From the sequence record DRR723986_3096: DNA of 64,000 nucleotides. One strand, written 5' to 3'. The first letter of the stretch is position 1. Each line of letters begins with the position of its first letter. Position numbers and translations under genes: made by a program. The notes under the pieces are model-generated. The model ran no database searches. It worked only from the letters and a program-made list of their open reading frames with translations, and had not been told where the DNA came from. Below are positions 10,401-18,188 of the stretch, piece by piece.

Positions 10401-11018
10401 ATGGGACTACTGAATATCATAGCTGCGGTCGCTGGCACGCCTGTAGAACCGACCGATCCACTCGGGCGATTCTTGCAGTACGCCACATTTGACATGGGCA
10501 TGCTGGCCGCTTTGGCTTGCACCATCGCAGGCTTAGTCATTCTTGGCGGATTTAGTCTCATGACCGGGCGCGGCGTTTCAACACACTCACCGCACCATTG
10601 GTTCTCGAAACTGCTTTATGCAGGATTCCTCGCGACGGTGATCGTCTTATCCGTCAGTTCGTTTGCGTCGATCTTGTTATTCGATCACATGCTTGGCTAC
10701 ATGCTATTGGCCCACATCGGCGCTGCAGGCGGTTTTGTCTTCCTTCTACTAGCGATCGCTTTGTTCTATCTCCCTCGTGGCAAGAGCCAACGTGGCGGTA
10801 CGGAGCATCGTTGGTGGGTCGCCCGCTGGTCCGCCTGGATCATGGTGGCGGCTGGAATCGTGACCGCTGCCACAATGTTCCTCAGCATGCTGCCGATCCT
10901 CGGCTCCGATGGCTTGCACGAAGCGGTGGCCATTCACCGCTGGTCAGGACTGATCGTAGTTGTTTCCGCAATCTTTCACCTCTTCGCACTTTGCCTTACA
11001 CGTACCGGCCTACGCTAA
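10401..11018 (+). CDS. Integral membrane protein, cytochrome b-like partner of the multiheme cytochrome
   Basis: About 5 transmembrane helices with intramembrane His (LLAHIG, AIHRWSG, IFHLF); co-oriented 48 bp downstream of the multiheme gene. Confidence 0.6.
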   Translation: MGLLNIIAAVAGTPVEPTDPLGRFLQYATFDMGMLAALACTIAGLVILGGFSLMTGRGVSTHSPHHWFSKLLYAGFLATVIVLSVSSFASILLFDHMLGYMLLAHIGAAGGFVFLLLAIALFYLPRGKSQRGGTEHRWWVARWSAWIMVAAGIVTAATMFLSMLPILGSDGLHEAVAIHRWSGLIVVVSAIFHLFALCLTRTGLR

Positions 11019-11117
11019 TCGGCCACAACAAATCCCGGTTCGGGGCCCGATGCGGATCATTTGGGCACCAAGCTGGAAACGCCCAACCGACGAGTCCATA
11101 CTCTAGAGAGATTTACA

Positions 11118-13049
11118 ATGCCCGTTCGAAGTCTCTTTCGTAAACAACCGTCCAAGAATACGTTTCGGACATTACAGTCAGAAGAACTTGAAAGCCGCAG
11201 GCTCCTGGCCCTCAACCCAACGGCCATGGAGCAAGAGTTTCTTCAACGCGTCAATCGGATTCGAACCGATCCGGCTGGTGAGTTCAGTCGCATGTTCTCG
11301 CGCGTCAGCCCGCTAACTGCTCGTGATAGCTCCGTCCAAACGGCAGTCGACTTCTTCGACGTCAACGGAACTACGCTTCGGAATGAACTCGCCGCCTTGC
11401 CTGCAACTCATCCTCTCATGTGGAGCGAAGGCACTTACGACTTCGCGGCAGCACACAACCAGCGAATGATAGCCTCCGGCAGCCAATTCCACTCCAATAC
11501 ACTCCAGCGGCGGCAGGCGCTGCTTGATGCTGGGGTGAATCTGAGGTTTGCCAGTGGTGAAAAGATCAACTCCGAGAACGTGTACGCGTACGCCGAGTCT
11601 GCCGACCACCTGTTTGCAAGTTACATTGTGGATTGGGGCAACGGCCCGGGGGGCATGCAGCCTCAACGTGGCCACCGAACGGCAATCATGAACCCAGATT
11701 TTGAACAGGTCGGACACAAAATCAGCCCCTACAGCGGCAACGGTCTTGGCCCCAATATGAATACCCAGGTGCTGGTCAATATTCAAGATCCTCCAGCGAT
11801 GGTTGGTGGAGCATTGTTTGAAGACAAAGACGACTCTGGATGGTACGACGGTGGCGAAGGGATCGGTCGGGCGACGCTAACCTTTGAGGGAGAAGCGGGG
11901 ACGTTCCAAACGACCACGATGAACGCGGGCGGTTATCAATTAGAGTTACCAGCCGGGATCTATCAAGTAACTGCTACCGGAGGCGGGATGCGGCATCCGG
12001 TCGTGAAAAGCGGCGTTGTGGTCAGCGACACGAATGTCTGGCAGAACTTGATCTACGATCCTGACGCAATCCCGGCAGATGGGCGGGAAGCAAACAACTC
12101 GACCGCAACTGCGACTGAGCTGTCTGGCTCAAATCAATCGTTGACTCAATTGTCAATTCACTTGGCCAGTGATCGCGACTACTTCAAATTGGTTTCGCCA
12201 AGCAGCGGCAATGGGTTGTTCCGAATCACGTTTAACAACTCATCAGGCAACCTGGACCTATACCTGCTTGATTCAAGCGGACGGGTCTTGGATTCATCAA
12301 CGGGCAATGGCAATAGCGAACAACTCCAAGCTCAATTGACTCGCGACACGACCTACTACGCAATGGTGCGTGGCAAGAGCACCGCGACCAACGGCCAGTA
12401 CACCTTACGCGTCGAGCCCCCGCAACCGATCCCACCTGTTGCGGCATCTGATCGTGCTTCAGCCGTCAACGCTACTCGATCCAGCACCATTCGCGTGCTG
12501 GACAATGACAACGACCCAGACGGACCGAACAGCGCTTTGCAGGCCGAGCTTGCACCTGGCACGCACAGTGCCTTTAGCTTAGATGGCTCTGTTGTGCAAT
12601 ACGCCGCACCGGATGGATACAGCGGTGTTCATCGAGCTAGCTATACGCTTCGTGATGATCAAGGACTCACGGCGACGGGACGCATAGAAGTGCTGGTTGT
12701 TGACTTTTCGGCCAGCTTTCCGTGGCTGAACGAGCAGCTAAATACGGACGTTAACGACGACGGTTTGACCACGCCATCGGACGTCTTGACGATCATTAAC
12801 GACTTGAACAGCACCGGCTCCCGCACGCTGCCTAGCAGCCATGTTGGTGCGGCTGGCCTCCAAGGCTTTGTTGACACCAATGCGGACGGCTTCATCTCTC
12901 CAATTGATGCGCTACTGGTCATCAACTTGTTGAACTCTGGCAGTGGCGAAGGCGAAGCGGCCCCACCTGCGACCACCGACCAGGCCCTCGCCCAGTTGTC
13001 GGCCTTCGACTATCACGAGACGCTCCGACGACGACGCGCAATTCGCTAG
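11118..13049 (+). CDS. Secreted multidomain protein: planctomycete extracellular signal, CAP/SCP domain, PPC-like, Ig/cadherin-like, dockerin
   Basis: ELESRRLLA signal; EQEFLQRVNRIR...GHRTAIMNPDFEQVG (CAP); DRDYF...NLDLYL (PPC-like); VLDNDNDPDG; DVNDDGLTTPSDVL and DTNADGFISPIDAL (dockerin). Start placed at ATG 11118. Confidence 0.8.
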   Translation: MPVRSLFRKQPSKNTFRTLQSEELESRRLLALNPTAMEQEFLQRVNRIRTDPAGEFSRMFSRVSPLTARDSSVQTAVDFFDVNGTTLRNELAALPATHPLMWSEGTYDFAAAHNQRMIASGSQFHSNTLQRRQALLDAGVNLRFASGEKINSENVYAYAESADHLFASYIVDWGNGPGGMQPQRGHRTAIMNPDFEQVGHKISPYSGNGLGPNMNTQVLVNIQDPPAMVGGALFEDKDDSGWYDGGEGIGRATLTFEGEAGTFQTTTMNAGGYQLELPAGIYQVTATGGGMRHPVVKSGVVVSDTNVWQNLIYDPDAIPADGREANNSTATATELSGSNQSLTQLSIHLASDRDYFKLVSPSSGNGLFRITFNNSSGNLDLYLLDSSGRVLDSSTGNGNSEQLQAQLTRDTTYYAMVRGKSTATNGQYTLRVEPPQPIPPVAASDRASAVNATRSSTIRVLDNDNDPDGPNSALQAELAPGTHSAFSLDGSVVQYAAPDGYSGVHRASYTLRDDQGLTATGRIEVLVVDFSASFPWLNEQLNTDVNDDGLTTPSDVLTIINDLNSTGSRTLPSSHVGAAGLQGFVDTNADGFISPIDALLVINLLNSGSGEGEAAPPATTDQALAQLSAFDYHETLRRRRAIR

Positions 13050-13315
13050 CAGCCGCATCGACCGGCAAGCTAGTTGCACGTTCTTGCAAACGCAGTGAAC
13101 GAGTCCTGACAGTAAGCAGTAGGCAGAGTCGCCACGCCGTAGTGCAGGCAGCCCGCCTGCAGCCGCTTTATCACGCGATCCCAACTTAGCAGGCTCAGGA
13201 CAATTGGCATTCTTCGCAGTGCAGGTTCGCCTGCGGAGACCAGGGATCATCCCAACGCAACTTGGCGTAAACCACACTTCCACCAACCGGCGCAATGCGA
13301 GGGCCTTGGCTGTAG

Positions 13316-14311
13316 TCAACGAGGGCCACGGTCGCCTCCTGCAATGGGCCGGAGCTGCTCCGTCTCAGCCTTCTGTGCTTGGCGTAGCATCTCGGCCATG
13401 CTGGGCCCCTGGGCGGCTTCCTGGATGGCTCGGCGGCGTTGTTGGCGGTAGTCGCTTGGTGGCTTCTTCGGTCGCCGGCGTGGCAGCGGGTCGCCCTGGA
13501 GCCAGCCTTTGTGAGCCGCGACACTCGGATGAGCTTGCATGAGCCGCGAGTAGAGAACGTTGGCTGGAATTCGCCAACGCGACGGGTTGAGACGCAGCGA
13601 TCGTTGGTACCAACGGGCGATGGCCATCAGGTGCCGAGTAGAGCAGCCTTTGCCGAGGGCGTCGGCGACGACGCGGTTGGCTGTTGCGATGCCAAGATCC
13701 ACAAAGACACTCACCACCACTTCGCGGGGCACGGCTTTGGCGTGAGAGTGCGAATCACAGTGGTGGTTTTCTTTTAGTCTTCTGTGGTGTTCCCTGGACA
13801 CAGTGTCCGATGCCCTGGACAAAGTGTCCGATACCTCCCGGCTAGTGTCCGCTACTTCCGGACAGGTGTCCGATGCCTCTCGGCTGGGCAACACTGGCTG
13901 CGGTCGTGGTGAAGTTGTTGGCTGGGGGTGATCAACTCGCAGCAGTTTGAGCTCGTTCCAAACGATCCGATAGTGATTGAGCACGCCGCTGCAGCAGGGC
14001 TTGGGTGTCACGATCAGCAGGCTGAGTCGCTGGAGTGCGTCGCAGGCCCTTTTGACCGTCTTGGTACTGCGTTTCATCCGCTGGGCGATGTGCTTCTGGC
14101 TTGGCCAAGCTTCGGCGTTGTTACCGAGGTGGGCGTTGATCGCACTGAGGACACCGGCCATTGCGTTTGCCGAAACGGGGCGTCCGTCCGACGCGATGCC
14201 GGTCGGCAGTTTGGATTGTACGATAAGTTCTTCGCGCTCCACCCATGTCCAGTCAAATTCCGCCTGCGCAGCCTGGTCGGCTTGTTGTTCGTTCATTCGG
14301 TTCGCATCCAA
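13316..14311 (-). CDS. Helix-turn-helix protein, phage or integrative-element replication initiator-like
   Basis: AWPSQKHIAQRMKRSTKTVKRACDAL...NHYRI is a winged-HTH pattern; the central linker carries 7-aa repeats (SREASDT/CPEVADT/SREVSDT/LSRASDT). Confidence 0.75.
   Translation of the reverse strand: MDANRMNEQQADQAAQAEFDWTWVEREELIVQSKLPTGIASDGRPVSANAMAGVLSAINAHLGNNAEAWPSQKHIAQRMKRSTKTVKRACDALQRLSLLIVTPKPCCSGVLNHYRIVWNELKLLRVDHPQPTTSPRPQPVLPSREASDTCPEVADTSREVSDTLSRASDTVSREHHRRLKENHHCDSHSHAKAVPREVVVSVFVDLGIATANRVVADALGKGCSTRHLMAIARWYQRSLRLNPSRWRIPANVLYSRLMQAHPSVAAHKGWLQGDPLPRRRPKKPPSDYRQQRRRAIQEAAQGPSMAEMLRQAQKAETEQLRPIAGGDRGPR
13792..13875. repeat. Four tandem 21-bp iteron-like repeats (putative origin) inside the HTH gene
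   Basis: CCCTGGACACAGTGTCCGATG, CCCTGGACAAAGTGTCCGATA, CCTCCCGGCTAGTGTCCGCTA and CTTCCGGACAGGTGTCCGATG. Three of the four contain the dyad GGACA-N2/3-TGTCC. Confidence 0.8.
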
Positions 14312-14542
14312 TTTGCTTCAATCGACTTTGCTCATCCAAGCTAGGTCGACACCAAATCTAGTTCCGCGCGGGTCCAACCCGCAGCAACTTCCAACGGTCC
14401 AGACAGTTCCTCCTTCGAGGCCGCATCCAGCGGCAGAACGGGCGGTTGCAAACGATTCGGGCTTCGCCCTTTTTGTATTGCCAAAGCCTTTTCTCCCTGA
14501 CCGTGCGGACCGCTGCCCGTTATCTAGCCTCAAGCGGCGTGG

Positions 14543-14570
14543 TTGACTCGAAGAATTTTTCGACTAGTCT
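14543..14570 (+). promoter_or_regulatory. Candidate sigma70-type promoter for the PEP-CTERM gene
   Basis: TTGACT-N16-TAGTCT, with an imperfect palindrome TCGAAGAATTTTTCGA across the spacer. Confidence 0.35.
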
Positions 14571-14617
14571 CTAAAACTCGTCCAACTACTGCTCATGAAG
14601 TAAGGTACATACACACC

Positions 14618-15220
14618 GTGACGCGTTGTAATTCCAACCTTTTGCTCGTTGTTTTCTTGATCCTTGCGACTACTGGTGAAGCTAGGGCCGACCTGATCTA
14701 CAGATTGCGAGACGGTACCATTAGCCCACAGGGGCGCAACCCGTTAAATCTAAGCGGAACCTTGCCCCTGGAAATATCTTTCACGATCAAAAGTGGTGTA
14801 GTTGATACAAGCTCAAATGTCGAATCTGCCGTATTTCAAGCTTCCAATATTACCGTACTTATCGACGGAATCGCGGCGACGATTGTGAATCCTGCACCAG
14901 TTCAATTTCGAGATAATGCAGGACCGACTGATTTCATAAGTTGGAGTCATAGTACGATCGAGTATCAAGGTCATCAGGGGATAATGGGCTTCATGGTTCG
15001 TTTTGACGACGACTTGTTTCATTTCCCGAACGCACAAGCGGTTGCGCCGAACTTTGGAAACACGACGACCGACTTCCAGGGTGGTAGTGGCTTCGCTGAG
15101 AACACCTTCTCTGACTTTCAGGCTGGTTCTCGTGTGACTGTTTCAGCCGTACCTGAACCATCCAGTTTTTCTCTTCTTGCAATGGTTGCTTTTGTCGGCT
15201 GCAATCGGCGAAAACGCTGA
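14618..15220 (+). CDS. PEP-CTERM sorting domain protein
   Basis: Signal peptide ending ARA-DL and C-terminal VPEPSSFSLLAMVAFVGCNRRKR. Start placed at GTG 14618; the ORF is open from 14543. Confidence 0.85.
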   Translation: MTRCNSNLLLVVFLILATTGEARADLIYRLRDGTISPQGRNPLNLSGTLPLEISFTIKSGVVDTSSNVESAVFQASNITVLIDGIAATIVNPAPVQFRDNAGPTDFISWSHSTIEYQGHQGIMGFMVRFDDDLFHFPNAQAVAPNFGNTTTDFQGGSGFAENTFSDFQAGSRVTVSAVPEPSSFSLLAMVAFVGCNRRKR

Positions 15221-15413
15221 AGTCATGTCGTTCAATGCATGAACCCAGCGGTGGTCTGTTGGTCGGCAGCGAATTCGAACTCTGAGTCCGTAGACTCGAG
15301 CTGCGATGACAGATTTCACCTCGTCAATTGGGGTTCGGCAGGACCACGGACGGGACCACGGCGTGCGGATTACCCTGCGTTTGCAGGGCCCGCCGAGTCT
15401 TAGGAAGACTCGT

Positions 15414-15910
15414 TTACCCGGTCGCTTCCTTCCACGTTTCGTCGGTCACCATCGCATAATTGCGAGTGGCCACCTCCGGGGAATTGCCCACCCATTCGCA
15501 AGCAGCGTGGAGCGAGAAGCGAGTGATCAACTCGGTTTCACGCGTCGCACGGATTCTGGTGAACAGCCTGGGCCAGTCGTAGTTCAAGTCGTCGCGAGCC
15601 TGGCGGACAAACCGCTGTGGATCGCTGGCAACGCTGGGTAACAAATGATCGCTCGGAGAGTCGCTTCTCCGCTGCCCCCACAGCCTTTCCAGGTATGGCG
15701 ACAGTTCTTCAAACAGTGGCGTCTCGCGTACGATCGGCGGGCCCCGGCTACTCAGCTTGCTGTCGGGAACATGCAGCCGCTTGTTCTCCCAGTCGACGTG
15801 CGACCATCGGAGCGTCTGCAGTTCACTGGGGACGTGAACTCCCGACCAACGAGCGATGGCCTGGCCGCATGCAGTTCTGCATCGCGACGAAAGGCGTCAA
15901 TCAGGTTCTG
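15414..15910 (-). pseudogene. Tyrosine recombinase/integrase, catalytic-domain remnant (frameshifted, 5'-truncated)
   Basis: Reading upstream in frame from the 76-aa ORF gives AIARWSGVHVPSELQTLRWSHVDWENKRLHVPDSK...RETPLFEEL...WPRLFTRIRATRETEL...CEWVGNSPEVATRNY, a planctomycete integrase pattern. The box I Arg reads His, and the preceding LIDAFRRDAELHAA lies in another frame (shift near 15861). Confidence 0.8.
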
Positions 15911-16034
15911 CAGATACCAATGGCAGTGGTGTTGTGCCAGACTCGTACTCCAGCGAAAAGCACCGGCAACACCGCGTGATGCCAAGCGGTCGCGAAAGCC
16001 CAAAAAACATTTGGGAAACGCTGCAGTCACCAAG

Positions 16035-16107
16035 TACCCCGTAAAGGATTCGAACCTCTGTTTTCGGACGGATAGTCCGATGTCCTGGGCCGCTAGACGA
16101 ACGGGGC
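16035..16107 (-). tRNA. tRNA with AUC anticodon (nominally Asp) on a tRNA-Glu-type body; CCA not encoded
   Basis: Reverse complement: GCCCCGT TC GTCTAGCGGCCCAGGAC A TCGGA CTATCCG TCCGA AAAC AGAGG TTCGAAT CCTTT ACGGGGT A. It folds into a full cloverleaf with anticodon loop CT-ATC-CG. Confidence 0.88.
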
Positions 16108-16175
16108 GGGATGTGTGAGCAAGAGTTTGTTGTGTCGTCGAGTGAATAACGCGAGGGAGGAACAAGACAAGGCAT

Positions 16176-16952
16176 CTAATACGAGCTGGGCGACTGGGTC
16201 TCCTGGCCGTCTTTGGTGACGAGCATTTCGGCAATGTCCGCTGCCTCAGAGGCAAACGTTTGAACTGCACCATCAGCCATCGCCACGTTGGTAACTCCAC
16301 CAGCGTGGTTGGTTCTCCCCTGCAGCGAGCTTACGAACTCTGGCAGCGTCGTGTCTGCCGGTTCCATCCAACGAACCGCTAAGTTCTCTGGGACTTCAAC
16401 AAGCAAAATCGTATTGGGCGATCCATCGATGATCTCCCTGTAGCGCGTTGACCCCGAACCGGAAAAAACCCCTTGTGGGTGAACGACAGCTACGTAATTG
16501 GTGTACCCCTGCGGGATTGGCGACGACGGACAGCGATAGGCTTCAATCTCCATCGATTGCAAGAATGAATTCGCAGGGTCGTCCCACGGCTTAGTCAAGT
16601 CAATCTGCTCGTACAGCGCCATTTGTCCCATGTAGGGCAGAATGAGCGTTCGCCACGAGTGCAACTTGCGGCCATTTTCACCGACCGTGTATGCGGGTGG
16701 TAAGGCCCGGTAGACCGACTCATAGTTCAGCAACGCCAGCGCGATCTGCTTTTCATTGTTGGAACACTGCATCCGGCGAGCAGCCTCTCTTGCCGCCTGA
16801 ACTGCCGGAAGTAGAAGGCCGACCATGATTCCGCCACAAACTAGCAGGACGGGCACGGCGACAGCGGCGATAACGATTATCGAGATACCTGCGCCGGACT
16901 TTGTAGGACGCGGCGAGTTTTCGGGGTATAGCTGCGGAGGTGTGGTCGACAT
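16176..16952 (-). CDS. DUF1559 family protein
   Basis: LLLPAVQAAREAARRMQCSNNEKQIALAL, HSWRTLILPY, DGSPNTI and the C-terminal HAGGVTNVAMADG motif. Confidence 0.9.
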   Translation of the reverse strand: MSTTPPQLYPENSPRPTKSGAGISIIVIAAVAVPVLLVCGGIMVGLLLPAVQAAREAARRMQCSNNEKQIALALLNYESVYRALPPAYTVGENGRKLHSWRTLILPYMGQMALYEQIDLTKPWDDPANSFLQSMEIEAYRCPSSPIPQGYTNYVAVVHPQGVFSGSGSTRYREIIDGSPNTILLVEVPENLAVRWMEPADTTLPEFVSSLQGRTNHAGGVTNVAMADGAVQTFASEAADIAEMLVTKDGQETQSPSSY

Positions 16953-17405
16953 TCGAAGGATCCGTGAGCGTTTAGTTTGTCAGGGCGTTTGGTTGTTCGG
17001 GAAGCAGAGTTCGCGTTTTAACGAGCTATTGGACTAAATCACTTTGAAACGACCAATATCGCAGCCTGGCCTACGAATGCAATGCCGCCAGAAGTGTTCT
17101 GCGCCAGCCCGCGAATCCGTCTGGAAATCGGGCACCGAGCTTGCTCTCCCTGCAAAAACCATCAGCGTGCGTCAGGCTGCTGCCTCGACTTCAAATTCTG
17201 ATTGCCCAAGGAAAGCACTTGGCTCATTAACGGCATGGTAACAGCGCGATTGTTCGGCGATATTCTACCAAGGTTGCTTGACGTCGAGCACCAACAGTAA
17301 TCGAGGCACACAAGTAGCTTTGATCCGCACGAGTCTCGATGGTCAGCTCGTTGCCACCGTAATCAGTTCGTCCCACCTACTTCACCAAGTTAGACGCATC
17401 AACTA

Positions 17406-18155
17406 ATGGTCGCATTACTTAACGTTGAAAAACTGAAATATTGCTACGGCAAACGCGTGGCTGTGGAGGAAGCTAGCCTCCAGGTGGAGCAAGGCCGAGT
17501 GCTCGGGCTGCTTGGACCGAATGGTGCGGGAAAAACAACGACAATATCATGCATCGCAGGACTGCTAAGCCGGTGGACTGGTGCGATGCAGTTCTGTGGT
17601 GAGAATTTTCAGCCAGCTAAACGATTGCAAGATCGAAAGTTGCTAGGGTATGTGCCACAAGAATTAGCCATCTACGAAAATTTAACAGCCGCCGAGAACC
17701 TGAAGTTCTTCGCCAAGATTACTGGCGTATCCTCATCCGAGCGAGCAGACGCTGTTGAGCGGAACCTTGATTTGGCCGGATTGGAAGGACGCAGAAACGA
17801 CCTTGTAAAGACATTTTCTGGCGGGATGAAGCGGCGATTGAATCTAGCGGTCGGGTTGCTGCACAATCCGAAGTTGATCTTGCTGGACGAACCCACCGTT
17901 GGCGTCGATCCGCAAAGTCGGAACCATCTCTTTGACACGCTGTTGCGTCTGAAGTCTGGAGGGCATTCGCTCTTGTATACGACTCACTACATGGAAGAAG
18001 CTCAGAAGCTGTGCGACACGATCGCGATCATGAATGAAGGGAAGGTAGTTGCAACCGGCACCGCCGACGACTTGGCCTCACAAGCAGGAACACCTGGGGC
18101 TGACCTTGAAAGTGTGTTCCTTCACCTAACGGGGCGCAAGCTGCGTGACGATTGA
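17406..18155 (+). CDS. ABC transporter ATP-binding protein (ABC-2/drug exporter type)
   Basis: Walker A GPNGAGKT, signature FSGGMKRR, Walker B ILLDEPTVGVD, and TTHYMEEA. Confidence 0.93.
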   Translation: MVALLNVEKLKYCYGKRVAVEEASLQVEQGRVLGLLGPNGAGKTTTISCIAGLLSRWTGAMQFCGENFQPAKRLQDRKLLGYVPQELAIYENLTAAENLKFFAKITGVSSSERADAVERNLDLAGLEGRRNDLVKTFSGGMKRRLNLAVGLLHNPKLILLDEPTVGVDPQSRNHLFDTLLRLKSGGHSLLYTTHYMEEAQKLCDTIAIMNEGKVVATGTADDLASQAGTPGADLESVFLHLTGRKLRDD

Positions 18156-18188
18156 TCGCGGCCCGCACCGCTACTCTTCTGAATCGTT

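Larger units (their letters stand above)
13316..16034. mobile_element. Degenerate integrative element or prophage remnant next to the tRNA 3' end (left boundary uncertain)
   Basis: Integrase pseudogene beside the tRNA 3' end, phage-type HTH replication initiator with internal iteron-like repeats, and PEP-CTERM cargo. Confidence 0.65.

Noticed and set aside
13050-13315. Direct-repeat copy of the tRNA 3' end marking the far boundary of the element
   Set aside because: I found no match to TACCCCGTAAAGGATTCGAACC by eye, so the boundary is left undefined.
12912-13319. 135-aa ORF downstream of the HTH gene
   Set aside because: No recognisable motifs, and it overlaps the dockerin gene antisense. 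I cannot support it as a gene.
13792-13875. CRISPR array
   Set aside because: The repeats are contiguous 21-mers without unique spacers, lie inside a CDS, and no cas genes are present in the window.
15752-16300. 182-aa ORF and the other ORFs spanning the tRNA
   Set aside because: They overlap the tRNA and the DUF1559 gene. Only a short stretch is explained, as the out-of-frame part of the integrase remnant.
16953-17405. Riboswitch or ncRNA in the long intergenic regions (also 39063-39525, 42753-43066, 53215-53664)
   Set aside because: I recognised no conserved RNA motif by eye. An Infernal/Rfam scan would be needed to exclude one.
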